This document shows, in pieces, positions 1-13,469 of a stretch of 64,000 bases of DNA. The DNA comes from Octopus vulgaris (lineage: Eukaryota). The position numbers and the translations under genes are program-made. The stretch covers positions 64,914,001 to 64,978,000 of the forward strand of contig OX597823.1 of the NCBI GenBank assembly GCA_951406725.2. Reading direction: 5' to 3'. Position 1 is the stretch's first letter. Every line of letters begins with the position of its first letter. The notes beneath the pieces were generated by a model. It was given only the letters and a program-made list of their open reading frames with translations, did no database searches and was not told where the DNA came from.

Positions 1-277
1 TCTCTTTTGCCAAACCGCTAAGTTACGGGGACGTAAACACACCAGCATCGTTTGTCAAGTGATGTTGGCAGGACAAACATAGACACACAAACATATACGC
101 ACACACACACATTTATATATATACATATATACGACGGGCTTCTTTCAGTTTCCATCTACCAAATAAACTCACAAGGCTATAGTAGAAGACACTTGCCCAA
201 AGTGCCACACAGTGGGACTGAACCCAGAACCATGTGGTTTGTAAGCAAGCTACTTACCACACAGCCACTCCTACGCC
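1..277 (-). mobile_element. tRNA-derived CORE-type SINE (family A), cut by window start
   Basis: Reverse complement of head ggcgtaggagtggctgtgtggtaag...gggttcagtccc...ttgggcaagtgtcttc, with internal microsatellite. Confidence 0.85.
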
Positions 278-597
278 TATGATAACATTTTATTTTAAAA
301 TAGAAAGAATCCAAAATATCTATGGTAGTTTCATGATGCAATGATTTCATTGAGTAAGCTAGGCCATATGTATCTTGTAGGAAAGGTTTTGGTTAAGCAC
401 ATAAATCATACTGAAAAAATTATTTGTCATGATAAATAACTCTTTTCATCCTCTTATTAAAATGTTCCATTTTCAAGTCATTCATTAACGACTTAACACT
501 TGGAGATATCAATTTTTGCTATCTAAACATTGACTGTGAATTTAATCAGTTTGAAATTCAACTATGGCTGGTATTGAGATTTGTATGAAATATTAAA

Positions 598-960
598 TCT
601 ATATATATAAAGCTGAAGTTGTCTGTGTGTAGCAGGATTGGTAGCCTTCAGCTAACACTATCTACTCCGAGACCCTGCGGTGCAAGTTGACCAAATTTGA
701 AAGTATGATAGAAGAAAGCTTGCTCTTCATTCCGTAGAAGATAAAATTCAAATCTGACCATGTTAAGAACAAAAATTATTTACATCAAAAAGATGCTTTT
801 TTTCTATGAAAATCCCTATTTTTTATGATTTTTTTGACTGCTGTGTCACCATTTTTCGGTGTATTTCAACCAGAAAAATGTTCACTTAAAGAGAATAACA
901 AGCTACATAATGCAAAATTTTTACTTTTCAAAAATTCCAATTCTAAAGAGTCAAAACAAA
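598..960 (+). mobile_element. Non-autonomous Helitron-like 5' fragment
   Basis: Starts a|TCtatatatataaagctgaagttgtctgtg, similar to the 5' end of the complete Helitron at 58334-58704. No 3' CTAG end seen. Confidence 0.55.
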
Positions 961-2009
961 ACTCTTGGCTGGTAAAATTTTTGTGAGCTTCTCCATTGCA
1001 CACAAATTGCTGCTACTACCATCCTAATTCTATGCTTTTGTCTTTACAGCCAATTGTATTGGGTGCTTGCGTTCTTATTTGTCTTTGAGATATTTTGATA
1101 ATAAGTGCTATTGCTTTTGTTCATTGCCTGAAAGAATGTTTTTGCTCAGAACATATTGTTTTCCATGGTTTCCAAGTTTATAAATTTAATAAAGTATTAA
1201 TAGAAGCTTCAAGGTTACTCACTTGTCAAACTAAGCAGTATATTCTTTGAGGATTTTATATCTGTATTATAAAATTGTATATATTCGATGCGCCATTCAA
1301 GTTTACAATATAGACAAATTTGACTTCCAAAGAGTACTTTGGTTCATTGAGAAAAAAAATACCAGCAGGAATATTTTGTAAAATTGATTTTAGAATAAAG
1401 TGTTTTACATGTGTATATGTGTGTGTGTATGTGTCTGTGTGTATCTGTGTATGTGTATGTGCATGTGTGTATGTGTGTGTGTGTATCTGCATGTGTGTAT
1501 GTGTGTGTTTATATATACATATGTGTGAATGTGTGCCAGCAGTTTGTGTGCATACAGCTGGGTGTACATGTGTTAGTATATGAATGTCTTGGAACACACA
1601 CACACCCACTCATGCATGCATAAATTTAAGGCAGTCATAAAAAAAAAAAAAAAACGGCATTCTTGTTTGATGATTACTCTTCTGAAAAAGAATCACAATT
1701 CCACCCAATCATTCTGTATTCTTGAAAATTCACCAATAAGTTTAGATATGAAGGTTTCAACTATGATGAAGTCTCATTCAATGCAGTATTTGATTTATAC
1801 ACTAATTCACTAGTATAGATCTAGGTAAGAGAAAATATGAGAAACAAACTTCCATATTATTCAAAATCAATACTCTGATTAGAAAAAAGACACCTCCACA
1901 TTGTAAAATTCCTATTTCCCCAGCATAAATATTGATAAAACAACAACTCAAATTCGTTTAAAGAAAGCTTTTCAACATTAGCAAACTTCACTGACACACT
2001 GTCATTAAT

Positions 2010-2228
2010 AATTCTTTCTGCTATAAGTACATGTCTAAAGTTTTGGAAGATGAGACCAGTCGATTATAACGAATCCAGTGCTTGACTGGTACTTATTTTA
2101 TCAACCTCATAATGATGAAAAGCAAAGTCAACATCCATGTACTTTGAACTCAGAACATAACATGTTGGAAGGAATGACATTAAGCCTTTTGTCCTACATG
2201 CTAATGATTCTGCCATCTCACTGCCTTT
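2010..2228 (-). mobile_element. Old SINE family B (Meta-domain-like)
   Basis: Decayed reverse complement of ggcagtgagctggcagaa...gcctttcatcc...aagtaccag. Confidence 0.7.
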
Positions 2229-3159
2229 GTTCATTCATAATAATAAACCACAATTAATAATTCAAATGCCTAGAATCTATGAATGTTAGCACCCTAAAAT
2301 GCAATTATCAATTCTCAAAGTGCTTGTCCACCCAGTGGGAACTGTCCATAAAATATGTTATCCGTGCATTTGCTGTGAAACCTAACATTAATAGAAGGCA
2401 TTAGATTACACCAAATTAATAAATCATTTTAAAATTAGATATTATCAACATAACTATACATTTGAAACATTACAGAGATGATTCGGTGGTAGCTTAGTGA
2501 CATACTTTTAAATTAAACAATATCTTCTACACCATCTAACATTTTCTGTAGTTATTTATTCCTGAAAAACGTTTTATTTCCAAACACAATATTTAAATGT
2601 TGAATAGGCACACTGAACTACTTTTTACATGCCTGACAATGAGGAAATAACTTCTTAGATACCATGATCATATGTCACCATGTTTACACTAATATGCCTA
2701 TAGCACAACACATTGTTTTCTTTTTCATAACATTTAATATGCTTGTTTACACAAATGCCTTTGAAATTTTAAAACAAATTTACACATTATCTATCATTAG
2801 ATGGCTTAAATACATAAATACACGTAGACACATGCATACACTTGAATATATGTTTTCATTGATTGCATTATATGCATTTACATAGCTGCTAATGATAACA
2901 ATCATTCAAAATATAACCACTGATATATCACCAAAATTTTAAAACTAAATTATACTATCTTTAAAGAAAATAGGAAAAAACAGAAAATACTACATATTAC
3001 CTGTTGAGTGATATGAGTATGTAATGTGAAAGTGTATTTTGAGAAGAAGAACATGTATTCACATCGTTTGCATTCATCATAATTAAGGCTTTCAAATAAA
3101 AATACTTGATTTTTTAACATTGTACATATCTTGCATATTTTGGTTTAAGCTGTCATCTA

Positions 3160-3281
3160 ACATTCAGACACGTGTACATATACATATGCATGTGTGTATG
3201 TGTGAATTTATGTACGCATGTGTATGTGTGTATACATACATACATATATATATATACATAAGCATATATACACATACATGT

Positions 3282-3351
<70 letters not shown>

Positions 3352-3662
3352 GGGAGCCTATGTTGACAAAAAATTTTAACAATTTATTTCTATGCTGTTA
3401 TGGAAAATAGGACACGTGTTTTCCTGTTGATTTTTCCTATGGCGTTTGCACTTTTTAACCTGAAAAGTCATGCTATGGTTATGGCAGGCATAGCCAACTT
3501 ACTGAGAAAAGGTCAACTGCAACAACTTTCAACTAATGTTTTCTCCTATGTTCACTTTTTACTTTTTGTTCAAACTATATTTTCAAGCTTAGGTTCTTTC
3601 CTCACCAGTATATATATATATATATATATATATACATACAAACATACATACATATATATAAA

Positions 3663-3708
<46 letters not shown>

Positions 3709-3719
3709 CATACATACAT

Positions 3720-3752
<33 letters not shown>

Positions 3753-3892
3753 ATGTTGTATATTAAAAATTGACTTCCTTTTTTGTATTGGTTTATGCTG
3801 TGAATGAATCGATAGATTTTACTTATTATTTATTGGTATGTACATATACGTATGCATGTATGGTTGAGAAAAAAATAGACTTTGTATATATA

Positions 3893-3930
<38 letters not shown>

Positions 3931-4068
3931 AATATATCTATATATAAGATATATATATAATATATGTATATATAAATATACATAAATACATATATAATAT
4001 ACTTATATATAATAGATATATACATATACATACATATATATACATATATATATATATGTAAATATGTG

Positions 4069-4108
<40 letters not shown>

Positions 4109-4160
4109 CACATACACACAATCACACATGTGCACACACGTGCATACACATATACATGTA
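3160..4160. repeat. Compound (CA)n/(TA)n/(TG)n microsatellite cluster
   Basis: Pure (CA)n at about 3283-3348, several (TA)n and (TG)n tracts. Confidence 0.95.
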
Positions 4161-4926
4161 AGAAATACCATTTTGTAAGGATCTGCAAAGGAAAATAAAG
4201 AAGTCAAAACTAGAATTAGAGTGTTATAGTAATTTAATACTAGCTGAAAAGAATTAGTATTACCATGGTGTAATGGAATTATTAAATCGTAATTGAAAGA
4301 ACCTCATGTAAAGCAGTACATATTTAGGATTGAGAAGGATTGGAGAAAGTGGGCAATAGAAAGGAATAGAAGGTTAAATAAAGTAAAGTGGGTCTGGAAT
4401 AAAGAATATGAAGGAGTGTATTAACAGTGAAAATGCAGACTATTAAAAATTTTATTGATATATAAATATTAATTTCACAATAGTTCTTGACACACTGAAT
4501 AAAAGTTAATTAAAATATATCAATAGTGAAACATTTAATTATAAGGGAAACAATATGATCTATGTTTATAGTTATTAAAACACATAATATACAAGACTGA
4601 ATATATTGCAAGGTTTAATTTAATAATCAACTTTTTTTTCTTAATTAAGTACTGTATTTATGTTTATTCATTTACATCTACTTCTCATGAAATACTGAGT
4701 ATAAATTTAGTTTCAAATATATTTTCATTCATTTGTTACACTTGTACTCTTGCCTTTGTTTCATTTATTAAAAAAAAAACCTGAACTTTTGCAACTATAA
4801 ATTTGATGTTTGATTATAACATTTTCAACCTTTTTGCTGATGATCACATATGTAGCACATGAAACTTTTGGATCTCAAAATCTGGAATTTCATATGGATA
4901 TTTAATTTAATAACTGTACATTATGT

Positions 4927-5172
4927 GGAGGTGCGTGGCTTAGTGGTTAGGGTGTCAGCACCATGATTGGAAGATCGTGGTTTCGATTCCTGGACTGGGC
5001 AACACGTGTTCTTGAGGAAAACACTTCATTTCACATTGCTCCAGTCCACTCAGCTGGAAAAAATGAGTAACACTGCGATGGACTGGCATCCTGTCCAGCT
5101 AGGGAACACATACGCCATAGAAACCAGGAAACTGTGCCCATGAGCCTGGCTAGGCTTTAAAAGGGCACATTT
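4927..5172 (+). mobile_element. tRNA-derived SINE family C (V/CORE-like domain)
   Basis: A box tggcttagtgg, B box gtttcgattcc, then cttgag(c)aaaacact...ctccagtccactcagctg. Confidence 0.85.
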
Positions 5173-5746
5173 ATTATGTTTTTTACATGTAAATTATATT
5201 GTTTCCAGTATAATTAAAGGTTTATCTTCTTCAAGTGACTGCGACTGAGATATGTCTCATATATCACAATACTACATCAACATTGTCTGTGCACCATTAT
5301 GTTTGGTAGACAATAAAGCATATCAATAATATTAACGTAGATAACTGGTTTTTGTTTTGGTGAGGAAGTTTCCAAAATATATCTACTATGTATATATAAT
5401 ACAGTTTGTTATTCAGTATGATAGCAGTGGCCAGTAAAGTCAAACCTGCACTGAGCAATAGTAATAAAGACAAGTCATATTTTGACTAAAACAACTTGTT
5501 ATATCCATTGAGTATCTAATTACTCACAAAATATTTAAAAGTACCATTCTTAAAAATCCTTACTTAGACTCTAAAAAACGATTTACTAACCAAAAAATAA
5601 AATGATGTTTTGTTCAAAATTGAATATAATGAAGAAAAAATCATTGACATCAAAAACAACAACAGCAACCAAAATAAGAAGCAAAATGTAAATTTGTTAC
5701 TGTCTTCTTTAATATGTTTATAAAAATTGTAACAGTGCACCACTTC

Positions 5747-6186
5747 TTAACCCTTTCATTCCCAACCCGGCTGAAACCGGCTCTGGCTCTATAGTACAAA
5801 ATGTCTTGTTTTCATGAGTTTTGAATTAAAATCTTCCACCAAACCTTAGTCCAAATTTATCTTTCTAACACTAGCTGAATGATAACTAAGTTATTTTACT
5901 AAATTCTTTTGTGTCTCGGGAGAGTAATTTTCATTTTGTGCCTTATAATGTAACACACACACGGGTAAAATTTCCACTTATTTCTTATTTCTATTTTCCT
6001 AAAATTTTCGTTGCGACATGCAACCTTTTCAATAGTCAGACACAACAGAATATGCTTCAACACACGAACTCATATAAAGAATCTTGCAAACCAAATCTAA
6101 AAGCGAAACTAAATTCTTTGTTATATTTAAAGTAATTGAAAGAAACACAGCTCATCTCAAAATAGATACAGTAATGAAAGGGTTAA
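5747..6186 (+). mobile_element. TTAA-flanked piggyBac-like MITE interrupted by a 198-bp insertion
   Basis: ttaa-CCCTTTC...GAAAGGG-ttaa ends. Uninterrupted copies at 22795-23022 and 51379-51607. Insert 5910-6107 is flanked by the 12-bp duplication actaaattcttt. Confidence 0.8.
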
Positions 6187-6754
6187 ATCATTCCCCAAAC
6201 ATTTTCACAGACTATAAACTTCATAAATACAATAAGATCTGAAGGCAAACCATAAAAAAGCACACAATTAAGCTCTCATAATTGCCATTTTTAACTTGTG
6301 TGAACTTAACACACCTGCATTCATTCCCATTACACCTGTAATATTCCTTTCCACTAAAGACACAAAACCTGAAATTTAAGTGAGAGATAAGTTGATTGCA
6401 TTGACTCTAGTGTTCAGCTGGTTCTTATTTTATCAACCCTTGAAAGAACGAAAGGCAAAGTTGACTTTAGCAGAATTTAAACTCTGAACATAGAGCCAGA
6501 AAAACATTCTTCTAAGCATCATGTCCAGGATGATAATGGTACTGCAAGCTCACTACCTTAGCTACAAATCTCTTTCTCCTCTTTCCTAACGGGGGTGAAC
6601 GGGAGGGATATTAATATGTGCTGCCCCTGTCTTTGAAAAACACATCATCCTCTCCCATTTTCTACCTGTAGAAGGTAGCTTCTTTTGAAATCAGTGTTAG
6701 AAAAATTTTCACCAACTTTGAAATCTGTGCACTCCTGTCAAGAGGGCAAGAGAC

Positions 6755-6919
6755 TATGTTCTGAGTTCGAATTCCGCTGAGGTCGACTTTGCCTTTCATC
6801 CTTTCGGGGTCGATAAATTAAGTACCAGTCACGCACTGGGGTCGATGTAATCGACTTAATCCGTTTGTCTGTCCTTGTTTGTCCCCTCTATGTTTAGCCC
6901 CTTGTGGGCAATAAAGAAA
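6755..6919 (+). mobile_element. 5'-truncated young SINE family B
   Basis: Contains gcctttcatcctttcggggtcgataaattaagtaccag. Flanked by the 12-bp TSD agggcaagagac. Confidence 0.9.
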
Positions 6920-7012
6920 AGGGCAAGAGACATAAAAGCTCATCAACCCTTTAATGTTCAGCAGAACATGTCATATAACAAAATTTAAGCAATTGACAAA
7001 TTTGCATATAAT

Positions 7013-7239
7013 CTTTTACTTGTTTCGGTCATTTGACTGTGGCCATGCGGGAGCACCACCTGTAGTCGAGCAAATCGACCTCAGGACTTATTCTTTGTAA
7101 GCCTAGTACTTATTTTATCAGTCCCTTTTGCTGAACCATTAAGTTACAAGGATGTAAACACACCAGCTTCAGTTGTCAAGCGATGTTGAGGTGACAAACA
7201 CAGACACACAAACATACACACACACACACACACATACAC

Positions 7240-7270
<31 letters not shown>

Positions 7271-7454
7271 AGCACACACACATATACATATATAAGATGG
7301 GCTTCTTTCAGTTTCCGTCTACCAAATCCACTCACAAGGCTTTGACCAGCCCGAGGCTATAGAAGAACACACTTGCCCAAGGTGCCATGCAGTGGGACTG
7401 AACCCAGGACCATATGGTTCATAAGCAAGCTACTTACCGAAAGCCTCTCCTACG

Positions 7455-7457
<3 letters not shown>
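7013..7457 (-). mobile_element. SINE family A, full length
   Basis: Head, internal (CA)n and tail cttttacttgtttc all present. Confidence 0.9.
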
Positions 7458-7492
<35 letters not shown>

Positions 7493-7537
7493 TGACCAAA
7501 CTTACAAGTGATGCAATGTTCGTCTCTTGCCAATATG

Positions 7538-7827
7538 AATAATAATAATGATGATGATGACCATCATCATAATAACAACAACAATAATAATAATCATAAT
7601 AATAATAATAATAATAACAACAACAACACTTTCAATACAGAGAAAAGAAGAGGACTACAACAAACCACAGCACATACCCAAGGCACACATTGCTGTGTTC
7701 AGTGGTACAGTGAAGGCACTTGAAGAAATAAGACTACTGAATAATAATGATGATGATGATGATAACAACAACAACAACAACAACAACAATAGTAATAATA
7801 ATGATAATAATAATAATAATAATAATA

Positions 7828-7881
<54 letters not shown>

Positions 7882-8022
7882 TTCACTCACATTATGGCAA
7901 AAGGCCAGCAATTTTGTGTGAATGAGGGCAATTCAATTACACCTAACCCCGTACTTGATAAGTACTGCATTTTATGATCCCTGGGTAGGTGGGGTTGATC
8001 TCAGCATAATTTGGGATCTTGA

Positions 8023-8053
<31 letters not shown>

Positions 8054-8100
8054 AGTGGTGGTGGTGATGGTGATGGTGGTGGTGGTGGTGATGTTGATGG
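7538..8100. repeat. Trinucleotide microsatellite cluster (AAT, AAC, GAT, GGT)
   Basis: Directly visible. Source of the poly-N/I/M/V ORFs. Confidence 0.95.
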
Positions 8101-9663
8101 AAATTGGCTACGTGAAATTTAGAGTTGCAGTGCAAAAAGCTTTTAATAAAAATAAAATACACATTCTACCACATCTGTGGAGACTCTTTCCGTTCATTTG
8201 TAAACAAATGTTCACCAATCTACATATGCATGCACAAGCGTGCATGCACACACAGACACAGACACACACACACACACACAAGCACACATACACACATATT
8301 GTGTATGTATATGAAGGTGCATGTACATATGTCTTTATGTGTGTATGGATAAGGAATTGGAAATACAAAAATAGCTTGATAGATTAAGATTATATGAAAT
8401 ATTTGTAAAGAAAAGGAGACTAAAACCCCTTCCAATTTACGAAATTCCCTTGATCTTCTCAAACAAATAAAATAAAGAACTTATAACTAGTAGGAAATTA
8501 AATGGAATTGCTTATATCACTTCTGATATCTCTGAAGTTTCTCAGAGAATAAAAGAGACAAGAAAACAACATTGGGAAGAATTTATCACTCAGTACTAAG
8601 AAATGAAGCATTCAAACATGGTATTAATCATTCTCACCCACGCCTTTGTTCTTTTTTTTTTTTCTTTTTTCCCCCCGTTTCTTTGAAATTTTTTTTTCAA
8701 AAAATATTATCATCATTTATTTTTGTTACATTTCAAGCTTGATCAATATAATGAAAGGCAGTCATTATGTTACTTGTTTTGAAAGAGAAAAATAAATTAA
8801 ACACTCACGTACGCACATATGCTTGCACGCACATATGCTTGCACGCACATACCCATACACATGCATATGCAAACACACGCAAACACATGCTGTTTCAGAA
8901 CATAGAAAAACACGTAGAGAGAAATAACGAAGAGGATGGTGGGAGGCGTGTGGCTGGAGGGAAACTGATACATGAAATGAAAAATAAAATGTTACAATAA
9001 ATCTCAATGAAAAATAACTATTGACAATGACTTGTCTTGATAAGAAGAAGCTGTGTTTTCTTCTGTTAGTGGCTTCAATATAAACATATGAGCTAACGTA
9101 CAAATCGGTTTTAAGATATATGTTTATAAGAACATTTCCTCATTCCTAAATTGTTTATTAGGATTAACCAATCAAATGTATCCTTTGATAATAAAGGGGT
9201 GAAAAAGTAAAAATCCAAAAGAAAAAAAACCCCCCAAAAAAACCAGTTAAAGTAAAGAAAAATGTTTCTGTCATGTTTAATACGTTTTGATGAGATTTTC
9301 CTGAGATTTCTCAACATTTTGGTGCACAAGAAGATTTAATTAAGCAGATTGGTTATTGGTTTTGGCAGAAGCGCTAGAGTGTCGGACAAAGGCAAAAATA
9401 AATAAAGACATACATAAATAAAATAAAATAAGATAAAAACAAGAAAATTATAATAGTTGAGGTATTTGGTTACGTAACTTTATAGTGAGATGAAACTAAA
9501 TACAGCAAGTTCTTTAGTTTATATTGTTTATACAATAAGTCAGTTAATAAAACCAGCACAAAATTGAACTAAGTCTATAACAGATCAAAACTAGCAGTAA
9601 ATTTGATATTTTTAAAATATCCTCAACGAGATTTTCACTTAGTATATATCGTATCCAAACATA

Positions 9664-9896
9664 AAGGCGGTGAGCTGGCAGAAACGTTAGCATGGCAGGC
9701 GATATGCATAGCCGTATTTCGTCTGCCATTACGTTCTGAGTTCAAATTCCACCGAGTTCGACTTTGCCTTTCATCCTTTCGGGGTCGATAAATCAAGTAC
9801 CAGTTACACACCGGGGTCAATGTAATCAACTTAATCCATTTGTCCGTCCTTGTTTGTCCCCTCTGTGTTTAGCCCCTTGTGGGTAGTAAAGAAATA
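9664..9896 (+). mobile_element. SINE family B, full length
   Basis: aaggcggtgagctggcagaa...gtaaagaaata. Flanked by the near-perfect TSD atatc(g/a)tatccaaaca. Confidence 0.9.
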
Positions 9897-10032
9897 TATA
9901 TCATATCCAAACAAGAATACCATGGATTTAATAACTCTGGCAAGACTTGAAGTGAGAATATAGCTGATCAATGCTAAATAGTGCCACCACAATTTTTACC
10001 AGCATCATCATCATCGTTATTTTACATCTTCT

Positions 10033-10375
10033 GAAGGCGCATGGCTCAGTGGTTAGAGCGTCGAGCTTACGATCGTGAGGTTGTGAGCTCGAATCCCGGA
10101 CCGGGCTGCGTGTTGTGTTCTTGAGCAATGCACTTTATTTCACGTTGCTCCAGTTCACTCAGCTGTAGAAATGAGATACGACGTCACTGGTGCCAAGCTG
10201 TATCGACCTTTGTCTTTCCTTTGGATAACACTGGTGGCGTGGAGAGGGGAGGCTGGTATGCATGGGCGACTGCTGGTCTTCCATAAACAACCTTGCCCGG
10301 ACTTGTGTCTAGGAGGGTAACTTTCTAGGTGCAATCCCATGGTCATTCATGACCGAAGGGGGTCTTTACCCTTTA
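10033..10375 (+). mobile_element. SINE family C, young subfamily
   Basis: tRNA-like head ggcgcatggctcagtggttagagcgtcg...gctcgaatcccgg, tail catgaccgaagggggtctttaccc. CpGs retained. Confidence 0.9.
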
Positions 10376-11247
10376 CCATGCTGACATTAGTTAGACGGGT
10401 AGCCCTGAATGGAATTAGCATGTATTCAGTTGTGGGGTATGTAATGCTCCCCTAAAAGCATCAGAGGAACGCATCTCTCTTGTGTGCTTTTCTTTTGGCT
10501 TGACTTCTGTAGCTGTATATCCTTAGCAAAGGTAAAGTGTCCTCACAGCCTTATGCTTGACAGAGTGTAGTGTGTGTACACCAGCTCTAGAGAAGCAGTC
10601 ATGTCCTTGACATGACAAAGGAAACCTTATGAACCATGTCTCATTTCATTCCCCAACTCCTTTATAGAGTGAGAGACATGACTGACAGAAGTTTGAAAGG
10701 CAGAGGTATAAATGGTGGCGATAAGACAGATGTGTGAGAGGGTCATAAGTGATTGGGGTGTCCAGCATTTTGAGATAGATGTATATATTCAAGGCAAAGT
10801 GACTGTGATATTGTTAGGTATTCAATAATATCAGCTAGATTTGAAATACAAACAAAGCAGATCAAATGTAAATACTCTAAAGTTCTTAGCAACTCCTGTA
10901 ATGTTTGAACTAGGAATTTGGTTACTTAAAACTAAATATGGAATGTTTATTAATATAGCTGGTCATAATTAAATACCATATAGTGTTAAATATCCTCATC
11001 AATTTTAATTGAGAATATAAGAAATCAAAATTAAAGAGCAGTCTAGAATACTTGTGATTACTTAATCAAGCTGGAGTGATTACAAGCAAAGCCAAACTTA
11101 AGTTACCTCTGAAATAAATACTTAGTTTATTAGCTGAGACAGTTATGAGTGCTCTCATGGAAAGATTTGTCATTATAGGAAGCAAACTAGAAGAGACAGG
11201 GTTCCTTCTTCATCAAAGTTTTTCTTGTAGCAGTAGTTGAATGGTGT

Positions 11248-11558
11248 GAAGGTGCATGGCTTAGTGTGTAAGGTCATGAGTTCAGATCCTGGCGATGCGT
11301 TGTGTACTCGAGCAAGACGCTTTATTTCATGTTGCTCAAGTCCACTCAGCTGGCAAAGATTAGTTGTACATGTATTTCAAGGGCCACCCTTTTCACACTC
11401 TGTATCACACTGAATCTCCCTGAGAACTACATTAGGGGTACCCGTGTCTGTGGAGTGCTCAGCCACATGCACGTTAATTTCACAAGCAAGCTGTTCCATT
11501 GATCGTATCAGCTGGGACCCTCGTCATCATAATCGACAGAGTGCTCGTTATCTTACCT
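11248..11558 (+). mobile_element. SINE family C variant
   Basis: Flanked by the 14-bp TSD tagttgaatggtgt. Confidence 0.85.
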
Positions 11559-11889
11559 TAGTTGAATGGTGTACTGCAAAATGATGAAACAATTGTAAAT
11601 CATAAAGTGTTGAAGTGCCAACTTTTTGTTGTTATTTGGACTGGGATTTTTACTACATATGATAACTTTTGGCTATAGATATACATGAAGTGTAATCCTG
11701 AATCCTGATTACCCATTAGGAATCACATATGTGTCAGCTTGCAATTAACACACTTGTAACTTCCATGCAGGCATTTATGTATGTGTATATCTGTTTGTCA
11801 ATCTGTCTGTTTATCTGTGTTGCTGCACATGTGTGTGTAGGTGCAGGAGTGACTATATGAATAGGCACAGGAGTGGTTCTGTATATAGC

Positions 11890-12056
11890 TGTAGGAGTGG
11901 CTGTGTGGTTAGAAGCTTGCTTCTCAACCACATGGTTCCAAGTTCAGTCCCACTGTGTGGCACTCTAGGCAAGTGTCTTCTGCTATAGTCATTGGCTGAC
12001 CAAAGCCTTATGAGTGGATTTGGTTGACAGAAATTGAAAGAAGTCCATCATGTATG

Positions 12057-12099
<43 letters not shown>

Positions 12100-12384
12100 T
12101 TATATATATATATGTGTGTGTATATTTATATATGTATGTGTGTGTGTATATATATATCTATGTATGTGTGTCTTAGTGTGTGTGTTTGTCCCCCCACCAT
12201 CACTGCTTGACAGCTGGTGTTCGTGAGTTTAAGTCCCTATAACCTAGTGGTTCAGCCAAAGAGACTGATATAATAAATACTAGGCTTAAAAAATAAGTAT
12301 TAGGGCCGATTCATTTGACTAAAAATTCAAGGTTGTGCTCCAGCATAGCTGCAATATAATGACTGAGACAAGTAAAGACAAAGG
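11890..12384 (+). mobile_element. SINE family A
   Basis: Head, (TG)/(TA) tract and tail present. Confidence 0.85.
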
Positions 12385-12442
12385 ATATATATCATAGATA
12401 TGTATATATATATATAAATGTAATATGTGACAATTATTTGGT

Positions 12443-12517
12443 AGCCAAGGTTAAACTCTGAGTTTCGGATGCCGACGTGGAAATCCACACTACCATCTCT
12501 TCAGTTATCCGGCCATA
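12443..12517 (-). ncRNA. Hammerhead-like fold (CUGAAGA...GAAAC, palindromic helix III), partly decayed
   Basis: The - strand reads ggccggauaa-CUGAAGA-GAUG..GUGGA uu UCCAC..CAUC-c-GAAA-CUC a GAG-UU-uaaccuuggcua. Helix I is imperfect. Confidence 0.55.
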
Positions 12518-12589
12518 GATAAATTCCTCTTTTTACATAATATTGAGGTCTCTTTCTTTCTTTTGTTATCTTACCATTTTTATCAATAT

Positions 12590-13462
12590 ATATATGCATG
12601 TATGTATACATGTAGAGGTAGGTACGTACATATATGCATGTATATATGCATATGTTTTATTTATTTATTTATATATGACTGAACACATGCGTCCATTTCT
12701 AAGTAAGATTGTTCTTAATATTAATAATGATGCGCACTCTTAACCTTTCTCTTCCCCTCCCTTTCTCAGCCTTCATTCTTTTGGCTTCCCTTTTCTTCTA
12801 CCTTACTGTCTCTCCCTCTCTCTCTCATTCTTCATTCTTTTCTCTACCACCATCCCCGTTTTTTCTCTCCCTTTCTCTTACTCCTCCTCCTCCGTCCCAT
12901 CACGGTCACGTGATGAGATGCCTATTTCTGTCTTTTCTTCTCCAGCTTCCTCCAAGTAGGGACGGTAAAATCTGTTGCTCTGCCGATCCCAAAGAACAGC
13001 ATTCGTAAAAAATTTTTATCTCATTTGGCTTAACAGCCCTCCTTCTTTGTGTTACTGTTATTCTCCATTGTCCTGTTTATATTTTGTACTGTCGTTACTG
13101 TCCTGTTTTTGTTACCATTTTTACCCCTCCACAAAAAATCTCAAATTTTATTTAATTTGATTTCCACGGGAAGGAAAATTTCATTGAAGTCATGTATCGC
13201 CTGACCTTCGAAACGTGGAGTAGATGAAATTAAGGCGACTGAAGAAGGGGAATTTTCCTTGTTTGTATGTCCTGTACTCTATTTTTTCGTTGTTTAAAAA
13301 AATGTCCATTTCCTCGGTTTTGTGTTTATGTTTTCGTTTCTCATTGTGTTCAACGTTTTTTTGGTGTCCTGTACCCATATATGCATGTATATATACATGT
13401 AGAGGTAGGTACGTACATATATGTATGTATATATGCATATGTTTTATTTATTTATTTATATA
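12590..13462 (+). mobile_element. Non-autonomous Penelope-like/retrozyme-like element: ~787-bp unit with ~86-bp direct terminal repeat
   Basis: 12590-12676 is repeated at 13377-13462 (contains catgtagaggtaggtacgtaca). The core is CpG-containing and includes a degenerate hammerhead fold at 13177-13231. Confidence 0.5.
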
Positions 13463-13469
13463 TATATTT

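Noticed and set aside
52-282. Recurrent ORFs such as [17 protein letters not shown] and [17 protein letters not shown]
   Set aside because: They are translations of SINE family A, found at many copies.
4837-4875. CTGATGA...GAAAC spacing resembling a hammerhead
   Set aside because: Helices I, II and III do not pair in register.
10033-10105. tRNA-like sequences with A and B boxes
   Set aside because: They are SINE heads continuing into SINE bodies, without a complete cloverleaf or Pol III terminator.
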